64,000 nucleotides of DNA from Patescibacteria group bacterium (GCA_041666845.1 JBAYGC010000002.1:12499-76498), one strand, 5' to 3'; shown: positions 1-9,633, counted from the stretch's first letter. Translations and numbers: made by a program. The notes: generated by a model not told the origin, from the letters alone.

Positions 1-299
1 CTGCGGCATCAGCAATGTTATTGGCGTATAAGACCCGGCGATTAAGAAATAGATCATCGCGTGGTCTAAACGCTGAAAAATCGTTTTAACTTTTGTCTCC
101 TGCGGAAAGAAGTGATACAGCGTGCTGGTTGTATAAAGAATTATCAGACTGGCGCCGAAAACAGAAACACCGACAACGTGAACCGCTGTTCCTTTCGTTG
201 CCGCAAAAATTACCATCAGAACCAACGCGGCAACCGACAACACCGCCCCGATTAAGTGGGTTAATGCGCTAAGTGGTTCATTTTTCTTATTTGACTTCA
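1..299 (-). CDS. Hemolysin III / PAQR family membrane protein (partial; N-terminal part only, continues beyond window start)
   Basis: My translation of the reverse strand gives MKSNKKNEPLSALTHLIGAVLSVAALVLMVIF...HVVGVSVFGASLIILYTTSTLYHFFPQETKVKTIFQRLDHAMIYFLIAGSYTPITLLMPQ. The motifs LDHxxIYxLIAGSYTP and HLIGA are characteristic of the hemolysin-III/YqfA family. It is absent from the ORF track because it is truncated at the window edge. Confidence 0.75.
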
Positions 300-346
300 T
301 ATAGGCTGTTTTTACTGAATTCATTGCGATTTCCTCCCCTTCAAGT

Positions 347-940
347 CTATTGTAGCTTAAATGGTTTGCCGTGACCAGGAACGATATAGTCAGCCCTTTT
401 TAAAACTTTCTCCCGGCTCTTTTTTAAGATCAGCCCGTCATTCAGATACGGGTCTTTCAGATTCAATAGACTCATGCGGTCGGTCTTCTGTTCCTGACAA
501 TCCTCCCACCAGAAAAGATCCGCGACAATCGCTACGTTGCCGAATTCTTCAGTCTTAACAAGCACCGCACAATGATGCTGGTCATGGCCGGGTGTGGGAA
601 TAATTTCGATATCCGTTCCCGGAATTTTACCTTTATGCTCGGTTATTTTACCGTCAAAAGAATAGATAGCTGAGTCATCCATTATTTTTGCGTTTTCAAA
701 TATTCCTGCGAGCAGACAATGATCCAAATGCGTATGGGTCAAGACTACGAAATCAATATCAACCGGCATCAGATCTTCATTATTTAGTGCATCAAGTAAA
801 CGTTCACGATCCATGCCGACATCCACCAGAATATTCAGATCACCCTGGCGAATCAGTGTAACAGAAGACGAAGCGTATTCATCCTCACCTTCCGCCCGCA
901 CATATCCTTGAATTAACACTTTAATATCGTACATATTCAT
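347..940 (-). CDS. Metallo-beta-lactamase fold hydrolase
   Basis: HxHxDH motif (LTHTHLDHC) plus the downstream His/Asp pattern of the MBL fold. Confidence 0.7.
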   Translation of the reverse strand: MNMYDIKVLIQGYVRAEGEDEYASSSVTLIRQGDLNILVDVGMDRERLLDALNNEDLMPVDIDFVVLTHTHLDHCLLAGIFENAKIMDDSAIYSFDGKITEHKGKIPGTDIEIIPTPGHDQHHCAVLVKTEEFGNVAIVADLFWWEDCQEQKTDRMSLLNLKDPYLNDGLILKKSREKVLKRADYIVPGHGKPFKLQ

Positions 941-1399
941 TTAGAAACTAAATAGACTTGCAACGGTCATTACAACCCCCGCACCTAAAAGACACCCTGC
1001 CATTTTACCGACCGCTGATTTCAGCATTGTGCGCTCCTCCGGTATCAGCTGTTGGCGCAGTTTTTCCGCTGAGCGTCCTTCAAAGATTCCGGCTATCCCA
1101 TCGGTTATCGCATTGCCGACCACCCCGCCCAACACCGCTCCGGCTACCCCGGCAAAATGCCCGCCGAATATCGCCATGATTGCCAGAATTCCGTTATCGA
1201 TCAACCCAAAGATGATATCCGGTTTCAATGTTTTCATTTTTATTTTAAAAGGCACCAAGGAAACTACGCAAAGTGCTGAGAGCAGTATCAGTATTAATCC
1301 TGTCCAACTAGAATTATCAATCGTATAGAAGCTAACAGCACCGATTATGATACATAGCGTTAGTATATTGGCGATTGAAGAGAATGCTTTTTGTGGCAT
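941..1399 (-). CDS. Small integral membrane protein (glycine-zipper-rich), unknown function
   Basis: Multiple hydrophobic helices and GxxxG runs. The track ORF extends to 1486, but the internal Met at 1399 avoids overlap with the upstream GNAT gene. Confidence 0.4.
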   Translation of the reverse strand: MPQKAFSSIANILTLCIIIGAVSFYTIDNSSWTGLILILLSALCVVSLVPFKIKMKTLKPDIIFGLIDNGILAIMAIFGGHFAGVAGAVLGGVVGNAITDGIAGIFEGRSAEKLRQQLIPEERTMLKSAVGKMAGCLLGAGVVMTVASLFSF

Positions 1400-1409
1400 G
1401 GAATAATGA

Positions 1410-1937
1410 TTAATTATATTTAGACGATTTATGAAATTTAGCCATGTATAAAGTGCTATGGAACCTTCCACTAAAAAATACGTCATCTTTTATTTTCCCC
1501 TCTACGACAAATCCCAAAGACTTGTATAATTTAACTGCGGGGACATTATTTTCATAAACATTCAGATATATTTTGTGCAGTTTAAGTTTATTAAACCCAT
1601 AATCAATAATCCACAGCATGGCTTTTTTTCCTATTCCTTTTCCTCTATATTCAGCATCTCCAATGGCAATAAATAAATCGGCATTTTTGCTTTTTTTGGA
1701 TATTTTTGACAACCCCATGAATCCAATTGGCTTAACGTCGTCACAGATTGTGAAAAATCTTTTATTATCAGATTTTTGATATTCTGCAAACCACTTTTTT
1801 TCTTTTTTCAATGTAGTTTCTTCCCATGCTTCGTCACCGGTAAATTTGTTTACTTTATGATCATTCAACCACAAAACACGGTACGCAATATCTTTTGGTA
1901 AATGTTTTCGGATTTTGAGCATATAGTTATTATTCAT
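1410..1937 (-). CDS. GNAT family N-acetyltransferase
   Basis: Acetyl-CoA binding motif region (RGKGIGKKAM) and GNAT topology. Confidence 0.7.
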   Translation of the reverse strand: MNNNYMLKIRKHLPKDIAYRVLWLNDHKVNKFTGDEAWEETTLKKEKKWFAEYQKSDNKRFFTICDDVKPIGFMGLSKISKKSKNADLFIAIGDAEYRGKGIGKKAMLWIIDYGFNKLKLHKIYLNVYENNVPAVKLYKSLGFVVEGKIKDDVFFSGRFHSTLYMAKFHKSSKYN

Positions 1938-1947
1938 CTGAATTTCA

Positions 1948-2427
1948 TTATAGTCCCCACTCAGAGTCAGAATATTTATTTTCTTTTATTAACTTTTCAA
2001 TATCTGCTCTAATATCTTTAACGTCATCTGTGTTAAGAGGTTTTAAATTTTCATAAAATTCCGGTTGCTCTTCTCTATGTGGGAAATTTAATGCTTGACC
2101 GAATTTTTGAATTTTTGCACTTTCTGCCCTTCCATATAAATGAACATGTAAATATGGACCTTCTGGCTTGAATACAGACCAATTACCATTATCTTGGTAA
2201 TTGATCCTCTTAATATCAACCCCGTGTTCATTCATCACTTTTCTCATCGCCTCACCAGTAATAATAGTCAATCTCATCAATTCAATAGCTGCTCTAGGAG
2301 AAAGCTGTTGTCTATCTAAGACTCTGACTTTCGGATATATCTTAATATGACCGCCATCATTTCTATCTACATGAGGTCTCTCTACTGCTTCTACTATAAA
2401 GTTTATTGACTCGTAAATTAATGCCAT
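1948..2427 (-). CDS. HIT-like (histidine triad-like) nucleotide hydrolase/transferase domain protein
   Basis: Degenerate histidine-triad-like stretch PYLHVHLYGR. Family assignment is tentative. Confidence 0.35.
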   Translation of the reverse strand: MALIYESINFIVEAVERPHVDRNDGGHIKIYPKVRVLDRQQLSPRAAIELMRLTIITGEAMRKVMNEHGVDIKRINYQDNGNWSVFKPEGPYLHVHLYGRAESAKIQKFGQALNFPHREEQPEFYENLKPLNTDDVKDIRADIEKLIKENKYSDSEWGL

Positions 2428-2433
2428 AAATTT

Positions 2434-2979
2434 CTATTTATCATAACTTATAAAAAATAAATTCAAAGCGGCAATAGATATCCCACATTCTATCTTTCCC
2501 TCTATTAACATTTTCATTAATTCAGGCAGGCTTACTTTAACTATATCCAATATCGATTCTTCATCATCTTGCCCACTGGTAGATAGTTTGGACAAATCCA
2601 AATCGGTAGCCAGGTAAACATTAATATATGTAGATTCATGGCCGGGCGCCACAAAGAAACCACCCAGCTTTTTCCATTCTTTTGCTTCTATTCCTGTTTC
2701 TTCCAAAAGTTCCGCCTTTGCTCTTTCCAGCATATCTTCATCACCCGCTGTTCCGGCCGGCAGTTCCAAAATAGCTTTTTGTAAGGCATATCTGAACTGC
2801 TTTACCAGATAGATATTTTCCTCATTATCCAGCGCAATTACAAAGCAACCCTGGTTTTTTTCCAGATATCCATAGATACTTTCCTTACCGTTCGGCATCA
2901 AAACTTGATCCTCATGGACTTTAATCCAAGGATTACTATATACGATTTTTGAATTCAATTTTTTCCAGGTTCTGAGCAT
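2434..2979 (-). CDS. NUDIX hydrolase
   Basis: Nudix box GTAGDEDMLERAKAELLEETGI (Gx5Ex7REUxEExGU). Confidence 0.8.
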   Translation of the reverse strand: MLRTWKKLNSKIVYSNPWIKVHEDQVLMPNGKESIYGYLEKNQGCFVIALDNEENIYLVKQFRYALQKAILELPAGTAGDEDMLERAKAELLEETGIEAKEWKKLGGFFVAPGHESTYINVYLATDLDLSKLSTSGQDDEESILDIVKVSLPELMKMLIEGKIECGISIAALNLFFISYDK

Positions 2980-3026
2980 TGTTTTTGTTAATTATTTTAG
3001 AAAATGTTTTCTAATTTGATCATATG

Positions 3027-3470
3027 CTAATAACTATCATAGCTTTCATCCTGATCGTTATTTATATCATCACAATAATCAATTAACTCACTGACTTTTC
3101 CAAATTCCTCACTCAACTGATATTCATCCGCACATGCTTTTATCTCATTAACTTTTTTTCTTACATTGGTTTGACCAAATAAATATACAACAACTACTAA
3201 AATAATTGCAGATATTACTTCAGCTTTGTTAATGGCTATATCTAGCTTATCAAATTCCTTTTTTCCTGACATATACGATACAAAATAAAAAACTAAACAA
3301 TACAAGATGAAAGCAACTACTTCCACAGTTAACGCCCAAAATATAGACATGAATATTCTACTTATAAATGAATCATTCTCCCAATATGAAGTAAATGAAT
3401 AAAGAAATACAATAATCACAGGAAGAACTAAAATTAATTGTTCTTTTAATATTTTGATTTTCTTATTCAT
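3027..3470 (-). CDS. Small membrane protein with acidic C-terminal tail, unknown function
   Basis: Three predicted TM helices followed by a D/E/Y-rich tail. It overlaps the upstream gene by 8 nt, suggesting translational coupling. Confidence 0.4.
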   Translation of the reverse strand: MNKKIKILKEQLILVLPVIIVFLYSFTSYWENDSFISRIFMSIFWALTVEVVAFILYCLVFYFVSYMSGKKEFDKLDIAINKAEVISAIILVVVVYLFGQTNVRKKVNEIKACADEYQLSEEFGKVSELIDYCDDINNDQDESYDSY

Positions 3471-3948
3471 TTAATTTATTTAATAAATTAATAAATTCTC
3501 TTTTAGTCATAATCTTTGTATGTAACAACTTCTCCAATTTTTCTCTTTTCTCATAATTTATAAAAGCCTTGTTATCATTAGTTACAAAAATATTTCTCTT
3601 TTCTCTAAAATGGGCTTCTAATATCATTGCATCTCTTAATTGCTTTTTTTGAATAGCAGTTAGATTTTCTCTCTCTATCGGAAAAGATGATGAAGAAATA
3701 ATTTGAATTATATCATTTAATTTATTTTCTTCTCCAGCAAATACCGCATTACCCCACGTTGATTCACCCCAAATTCCTGATTCAAATATTTTTTTTAATT
3801 TTATAATTTCTTTTTCAAACGATGTACCATTAACCTCTCTTTCTGTAACAGATGTATACGCAACTTCAAAATATTGATTTAAAAGTTTTTCATCAATTTC
3901 GCTTAGTGGTAATACATTCGTATCAATTGTTATCTTTTTTCTGTGCAT
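3463..3948 (-). CDS. PIN-like domain protein (putative nuclease/toxin-like)
   Basis: N-terminal ITIDTNVL and C-terminal FVTNDN resemble the first and fourth acidic motifs of PIN domains. Confidence 0.4.
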   Translation of the reverse strand: MHRKKITIDTNVLPLSEIDEKLLNQYFEVAYTSVTEREVNGTSFEKEIIKLKKIFESGIWGESTWGNAVFAGEENKLNDIIQIISSSSFPIERENLTAIQKKQLRDAMILEAHFREKRNIFVTNDNKAFINYEKREKLEKLLHTKIMTKREFINLLNKLNE

Positions 3949-4420
3949 CTAGAATTGCAATATAGTTACCTTCTAACATAGCGATTAGCATCATAAGAAT
4001 GTCAGTTATTAATGCACTAGTACTTTTACTATTTGATTTAATTTTTGTATATTTTGTTCCAAACGGTCTTCCAATTAAATCTGCATCTTCTTTAGATATC
4101 TTGTAGTCCATTTTATGGGAACATTTATTTCTAACTTCATTCAAGTGTTTAATTGATATTAGTATATTATTATCTACGAAATCTATTGATTGTACAACAG
4201 TAAGTTTATATGAAAAAGTAAATCTACTATTTGTACTAATAATATCTCCTCTCCTATGTGTTGCAATAATAATTTGATCCAAAAAATACTCAACAATTAA
4301 ATGGCAACGAAGAATTTTAGAAATATCTGGAAATGGCATTTTTATTGCTTCCATGAACTTCTTAAATCCCTCCGAGACGACGGGTGATTTTATAACTTTT
4401 TCATCAGCCCTTTTTTGCAT
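3923..4420 (-). CDS. HEPN-like (DUF4145-like) domain protein
   Basis: Rx4H motif EVRNKCSH at nt 4115-4132, typical of the HEPN/DUF4145 R-x4-6-H signature. It overlaps the PIN-like gene by 26 nt. Confidence 0.4.
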   Translation of the reverse strand: MQKRADEKVIKSPVVSEGFKKFMEAIKMPFPDISKILRCHLIVEYFLDQIIIATHRRGDIISTNSRFTFSYKLTVVQSIDFVDNNILISIKHLNEVRNKCSHKMDYKISKEDADLIGRPFGTKYTKIKSNSKSTSALITDILMMLIAMLEGNYIAILDAQKKDNN

Positions 4421-4437
4421 AAATGAAAATATAAATT

Positions 4438-5898
4438 TTATAAAATATTCGCTTTTCGAATTCTCTCAATAACCCTCTCCTTCCCCAAAACCCCCGCGAC
4501 TTCAAAAGGACTCGGGGATTTTTCTTCCCCTGTCAAAGCTACGCGGATCGGCCAGAGGATTTCGCCGTTTTTTAATCCTCTTTCTTCGATGAGTTTCATC
4601 AGTCCCTTTTCTATATTCTCCTCGGACCATTCTTTCTCATCCAGACTTTCAAAGAATTCCAAGGCCAATTTTAAATTGGCTTTAATCACTTCTGGATCGG
4701 ATTTTTTCCAGACCAAAAGCGCGGGGTCATAAGAAATGTCGTTGAAAAAGAATTTCACCATATCAGGCAAGTCGGAGAGTTTTTTTATCCGCTCCTGTTC
4801 CAGCACGATTGCTTTCTTCACATATTCTTTGTCGCTGGTATTAATCCCCGCTTTTTCCAAAAACGGCAAGGCAAGTTTCAAAAATTCATCAGGCGAAAGT
4901 TTGCGCAGATATTGGGAATTGATCCAGTCCAGTTTATCCTTGGCGAAAACCGCACCGCCTTTGTGCACACCGCCAATATTAAACACATGAACCATATCAG
5001 GCAGAGTAAACATTTCCTGTTCGGTTTTCGGATTCCAACCGAGGAGTAAGACAAAGTTTAAGATCGCTTCCGGCAGATATCCATCTTCTTTATAGTCATC
5101 TATCGTTACTTTGGTTTTGCGCTTGGAAAGTTTGGTTTTATCTTCATTGAGAATCAGTGGCAGATGCCCGAATTCCGGCACCGGAAAACCCAGCGCCTCG
5201 GTCATCAAAATCTGCTTCGGTGTGTTAGACAAATGATCCTCCCCGCGGATCACGTGAGATATTTTCATCATGTAGTCGTCAATCACTACGGCCAAGTTGT
5301 AGAGCGGGGTTTTCACGTCACGCGCCACAGCAATATCACCAAGCAGTCCAGTGTCAAAAGTAACTTCACCGCGAATCATGTCTTTAAAGGTAATAATCTT
5401 TTCCGGCACGCGGTAGCGGATGATGGAATTCCTTCCTTTTTTTTCGTACGCTTTTTTTTCTTCCTCAGTGAGTTTACAGCATTTTCCACTGTAAACCGGC
5501 GCCACGCCTTTCTCCTCCATCGCTTTTCTTTCCGCCTCCAGTTCTTCTTTACTGCAATAGCAATAATACGCCTTGTCCTCGTCCAGAAGCTGCTTGATGT
5601 ATTTTTCATAAGTAGCGGTTCGTTTGGTCTGGAAATACGGGCCGTATTTGCCTTTTTCTTTGCCGTCCGATGTCGGACCTTCATCCCACTCTATTCCCAG
5701 CCACTCCAGACCATCTATGATCTGCTTGGTGAACCTTTCTTCAGAGCGTTCGAGGTCGGTATCTTCAATCCGCAGGACAAAGGTTCCGCCTTCTCTTTTG
5801 GCGAACAGATAATTGTACAAAGCGGACCTTGCCGTTCCTAAATGCAAGGAGCCGGTTGGTGATGGAGCAATTCGGACTCTGACTTCTTTATTTTTCAT
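4438..5898 (-). CDS. gltX: Glutamate--tRNA ligase
   Basis: HIGH motif (SLHLGTARSA), KMSKS-like KLSKR, and class I GluRS layout. Length 486 aa. Confidence 0.9.
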   Translation of the reverse strand: MKNKEVRVRIAPSPTGSLHLGTARSALYNYLFAKREGGTFVLRIEDTDLERSEERFTKQIIDGLEWLGIEWDEGPTSDGKEKGKYGPYFQTKRTATYEKYIKQLLDEDKAYYCYCSKEELEAERKAMEEKGVAPVYSGKCCKLTEEEKKAYEKKGRNSIIRYRVPEKIITFKDMIRGEVTFDTGLLGDIAVARDVKTPLYNLAVVIDDYMMKISHVIRGEDHLSNTPKQILMTEALGFPVPEFGHLPLILNEDKTKLSKRKTKVTIDDYKEDGYLPEAILNFVLLLGWNPKTEQEMFTLPDMVHVFNIGGVHKGGAVFAKDKLDWINSQYLRKLSPDEFLKLALPFLEKAGINTSDKEYVKKAIVLEQERIKKLSDLPDMVKFFFNDISYDPALLVWKKSDPEVIKANLKLALEFFESLDEKEWSEENIEKGLMKLIEERGLKNGEILWPIRVALTGEEKSPSPFEVAGVLGKERVIERIRKANIL

Positions 5899-6011
5899 GC
5901 TGTTTTATTACTTATTTTATTTGTTACTTTTTATGGATTCCCGGGCCCCCGGCCGCCTAACTGCTGTTAGGCAGTGGGGCAGGCAAGTTCGAAGATGACA
6001 CTATTGATTTG

Positions 6012-6776
6012 TTATTGTTTGTCATTCCCGCGAAGGCGGGAATCCATTATTTTTACCTTAATAACTAAATAACTAAAATGAATTGTTGCGGTAAAAATCC
6101 GCTTAATGCGCCACGGCTGGATAATTAACCGATACAGCCACTCTAATCCCATCTTCCGGATAAATTCCGGTGCACGTTTGATACTGCCGGAGATATAATC
6201 GAACGCTCCGCCGACACCCATCGCCACCTTTACTCCGGTAAAATCAGGAAGGTGCGTAACAATCCATTTTTCCTGCTTCGGCGCTCCCAGCGCAACCAAT
6301 AATATATCCGGGGATTTTTTTCTAATATCTTCCACGAACAAAGCATCATTCATTTTTCCATTTTTGTCATATCCGCTTTCCGCCCCAACTATTTTTAAAT
6401 GCGGATATTTCGTCATCAATTTTTCGGCTGTCTTTTTCGCAATTCCCTTTCCAGCGCCATATAAGTATATTGAATACTCTTCTTGTTCAGCCAGTTCAGC
6501 AACATGCCAGATAAAATCCACACCGGTAATGCGCTGGTCGAGCGAGCGTTTTAAAAACTTAGCGGCAAGCATCAGGCCGAATCCGTCCGGAAGAGCAATC
6601 ACAGCGTTATTTAAAATGTCCCGGAATATTTTATCTTTCTGCGCGCGGACGATAAACTCCGGGTTAGGAGTGACAATATAATTCAAACGCGGAAAGACTA
6701 CGCACTGCTTTACGACATCCAGTGCTTCACGCATATTGATTTTACTGACTTGTACCCCCAATATTTCTTGTTTCAT
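6012..6776 (-). CDS. WecB/TagA/CpsF family glycosyltransferase (UDP-N-acetyl-D-mannosaminuronic acid / ManNAc transferase family)
   Basis: Family motifs ALGAPKQEKW and GVGGAFD. Confidence 0.8.
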   Translation of the reverse strand: MKQEILGVQVSKINMREALDVVKQCVVFPRLNYIVTPNPEFIVRAQKDKIFRDILNNAVIALPDGFGLMLAAKFLKRSLDQRITGVDFIWHVAELAEQEEYSIYLYGAGKGIAKKTAEKLMTKYPHLKIVGAESGYDKNGKMNDALFVEDIRKKSPDILLVALGAPKQEKWIVTHLPDFTGVKVAMGVGGAFDYISGSIKRAPEFIRKMGLEWLYRLIIQPWRIKRIFTATIHFSYLVIKVKIMDSRLRGNDKQ

Positions 6777-7321
6777 AATTGATATGATTGCAATACGGAA
6801 TAATTAGGCGAATTGCCGGTCAGATCGCTTTCCATCAGATGCACAGCTGACACATCCCAACTGTCATTAAGTACTACTTTGTTTAATATTTTTTTATGAT
6901 CATCTGACAACGACGAACTGATTCTGCCCAAAGTGATATGAGTTAGAAATGACCGCCGGTCGCCCTGCACAAACGGTAGTTGCGAAACCTCCGAGTCAAT
7001 TGCCCTTTTCAGCTTTGTAAGTTCCGGTGAAACATCCAAATCCGCGCTGATAATTTTCGGCTTGTCTTCAGGAAAGAGGGATATACCATTTAGCCGTAAA
7101 GTAAACGGGTCAAATCCGGACAAAACATTTTCCAACACCTGCTCAATATCATATATCCGGTCATCTGCTTGTGCACCGAAGAATTTCAAAGTAAGGTGCA
7201 GATTTTGTTTTTCCACCCACTTTACCGGGAGCGGGCTGTTTTTCAAGTCCGCAAGCACCCTGCCCAGTAATTTAATTACCTCGCTACTTGGATAAATTGC
7301 TAAAAATGCGCGATATTTCAT
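6773..7321 (-). CDS. thpR: RNA 2',3'-cyclic phosphodiesterase (2'-5' RNA ligase, LigT/ThpR family)
   Basis: Two HxT/SxK motifs (HLTLKF and HITLGR). Start moved to the internal Met; the track ORF extends to 7399. Confidence 0.75.
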   Translation of the reverse strand: MKYRAFLAIYPSSEVIKLLGRVLADLKNSPLPVKWVEKQNLHLTLKFFGAQADDRIYDIEQVLENVLSGFDPFTLRLNGISLFPEDKPKIISADLDVSPELTKLKRAIDSEVSQLPFVQGDRRSFLTHITLGRISSSLSDDHKKILNKVVLNDSWDVSAVHLMESDLTGNSPNYSVLQSYQL

Positions 7322-7404
7322 TGATTCTTTCGTTGTCTCCGGTTGAATCATATCACATTTTATGATATACTTAAACCTGAAAAAGATTAAAATACACATA
7401 AAAT

Positions 7405-8784
7405 ATGATCAAAAAGCTAGCGGTCCTATCTGTAATATTTTCGCTAATCTTGCCCACTTTTGCACAAGCTTATTCCATCAATATCAATAACATCATAACC
7501 GATACGGAGCTTTTAGATTCGAGCTCTATGTCTCTGACCAGAATTCAGAGTTTTCTGAAAGATAAGGGCAGTTATCTCACCAACTACTCAACTGGAGGAA
7601 AAACTGCGGCAGAAATAATTTTCGATGCTGCTAATTATTATCATATCAACCCAAAATATATACTGGTTAGACTCCAGGTGGAACAAAGTTTAATATATGA
7701 TTCTTCTCCGATGGATACCCAGTTACAAAGAGCAATGGGATATGGTTGTCCGGACGGCGGTAGTTGTAATCCGGAGTATTCAGGCTTCTATAACCAGATC
7801 TACAAATCAGCAGAAGCACTGCAAGGATCTAAATATTTACAGGGTATTAGAGACAGAGGATATACAATTTCCGGCTGGGGGCCTGGAATAACTAAAAAAA
7901 CTTTAGACGAAATTTTTATTACACCAGAAAATGCTGCGACAGCTGTTCTATATACGTATACACCATGGGTCGGCAAATATGGTGGAGGTAATCAACAATG
8001 GGGTGGAACATCTCTGGTTGGAAAGCTTTTCCAAGAATGGTTTATCCGGCACTACATTGACGGCACACTGGTTCAGGCGGAAGGACAGAATGGCGTTTAC
8101 CTGATCAAGAATGGTAAAAAATATCCTTTCCGGAATAAAACCACCCTGCTGGCCAACTACGATCCGAATAAAATTATCATCATCAGTCCGAATGAACTGG
8201 ATGCATATGAACTGGGACCGGACATCCGGTTTCCGGATAATGTTCTGATTCAGTCGCCAAAAGGAACAGTCTATATTATTATTGACGGCGTGAAGCGTGG
8301 CATGTCCTCCAAGGAAGTATTTTCCTATCTGGGTTTCAATCCGGAGGAAGTAATCCCGGCCAGCTGGAGCGAGGTAAATTCCGTGCCGGAAGGTGAACCG
8401 ATTACTACTGATTCCCTCTTCCCGACCGGAATACTTCTGCAGTCCAGACAGACCGGCGGGGTCGGCTATGTGGAAAATGGTATCTGGCACCCGATTATGT
8501 CCAAACAAATTCTACAGTCACGTTTCAGAAACAGAATCCTTACCCCGGTTGACCAGTCGGAGCTGGAAAAATATCCCAAGGGCGATTATGTTAAGTTCAA
8601 AGACGGTGAACTGGTAACTTCCGAACAGACTGGGATTGTTTACGTGATCTCAAACGGGCAAAAAAGACCCTTCCAAAATTCCGATGCATTTATAAGCCTT
8701 GGTTATAATTGGGATAATATAATCTGGACAAATCAAAGATCACTGGACATTCATCCTACAGGGGCTACAATTAAGGTGCAATAA
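7405..8784 (+). CDS. Secreted protein: signal peptide, N-terminal domain of unknown function, four tandem ~60-70-aa repeats
   Basis: Signal peptide MIKKLAVLSVIFSLILPTFAQA. Four repeats share G-(V/I)-Y-x-I-x-N/D-G-x-K-R/Y-P-F and a following Gly-Tyr/Phe-Asn motif. Confidence 0.5.
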   Translation: MIKKLAVLSVIFSLILPTFAQAYSININNIITDTELLDSSSMSLTRIQSFLKDKGSYLTNYSTGGKTAAEIIFDAANYYHINPKYILVRLQVEQSLIYDSSPMDTQLQRAMGYGCPDGGSCNPEYSGFYNQIYKSAEALQGSKYLQGIRDRGYTISGWGPGITKKTLDEIFITPENAATAVLYTYTPWVGKYGGGNQQWGGTSLVGKLFQEWFIRHYIDGTLVQAEGQNGVYLIKNGKKYPFRNKTTLLANYDPNKIIIISPNELDAYELGPDIRFPDNVLIQSPKGTVYIIIDGVKRGMSSKEVFSYLGFNPEEVIPASWSEVNSVPEGEPITTDSLFPTGILLQSRQTGGVGYVENGIWHPIMSKQILQSRFRNRILTPVDQSELEKYPKGDYVKFKDGELVTSEQTGIVYVISNGQKRPFQNSDAFISLGYNWDNIIWTNQRSLDIHPTGATIKVQ

Positions 8785-8802
8785 GCAACTAACCCAAAAG
8801 TT

Positions 8803-9597
8803 ATGTCGCTAATCTTCAGCGCCATTACTCCCCATCCTCCACTGCTTATCCCGAACGTCGGACGGGAGAATTTAACGCGCGTAAAAAAAACCGAACAGGC
8901 ACTGACCAGTTTGGCCAACGACTTATACGCATCCAAACCGGATACAGTAATTATTATTTCGCCACATGCCCCGATTTCCGAGGACACCTTCTTTATCAAT
9001 GCTTGCGAAAAGTTTAACTGCGATTTTGAGGATTTCGGTGATTTTGAGACATCCTTTAGTTTCAAACCGGACCTGGAACTCTCCGCCAATATAAAAATGC
9101 GCACCCAGGATGAAAACATCCCGCTCAACTTGATCTGTGAATCTAAACTGGATCACGGCAGTGCGGTGCCACTATTCTATCTGATGAAAAATCTGAAAGA
9201 AGTTCCGATCGTGCCGATCAGTTTCAGTTTCCTGGATATTAAAACACACTTTGAATTCGGCAAAATTCTTCAGAGAGAGATAATGAAAACCAACAAACGC
9301 GTCGCAGTCATTGCTTCCGGTGACCTTTCCCATGCCATTACTCCCGAAGCACCGGCTGGCTTCAATGAAAAAGGGAAAGAGTTTGATGAAATGGTTGTGG
9401 ACATGTTGAAAAATAAGCAGGAACAAAATATTGTAAAAATGGATCCGAAATTCGTGGAAGAAGCGGCGGAATGCGGCTTTCGGTCAATGGTCATCCTGCT
9501 GGGAATTTTAAAAGGTATTAATTACCGCGCGAATGTTTTGGCGTACGAACATCCGTTCGGCGTCGGCTATCTGACCTGCAATTTTTCACTTGAATAA
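8803..9597 (+). CDS. AmmeMemo/Memo-like protein (class III extradiol dioxygenase subunit B-like fold)
   Basis: Motifs LDHGSAVPL and ASGDLSH, and length typical of the Memo/AmmeMemoRadiSam protein B family. Confidence 0.7.
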   Translation: MSLIFSAITPHPPLLIPNVGRENLTRVKKTEQALTSLANDLYASKPDTVIIISPHAPISEDTFFINACEKFNCDFEDFGDFETSFSFKPDLELSANIKMRTQDENIPLNLICESKLDHGSAVPLFYLMKNLKEVPIVPISFSFLDIKTHFEFGKILQREIMKTNKRVAVIASGDLSHAITPEAPAGFNEKGKEFDEMVVDMLKNKQEQNIVKMDPKFVEEAAECGFRSMVILLGILKGINYRANVLAYEHPFGVGYLTCNFSLE

Positions 9598-9633
9598 TCA
9601 AACAAAAAAAGAGCTTACTTACTAAACTCTTTT

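Noticed and set aside
4736-5841. Plus-strand ORFs antisense to gltX (4736-4990, 5164-5841, 5624-5812)
   Set aside because: They lie entirely inside the well-supported gltX CDS on the opposite strand and have low-complexity, Phe/Arg-rich translations typical of antisense frames.
5899-6011. tRNA-like or T-box element in the GC-rich spacer upstream of gltX
   Set aside because: GTTCGAAG is present, but the flanking bases do not form a T-stem and no acceptor/anticodon arms can be drawn. It is too short for a T-box. Kept only as a hairpin cluster.
8923-9494. Minus-strand ORFs inside the Memo-like gene (8751-9128, 8923-9156, 9172-9426, 9270-9494)
   Set aside because: They are antisense to a motif-supported CDS and have no features of their own.
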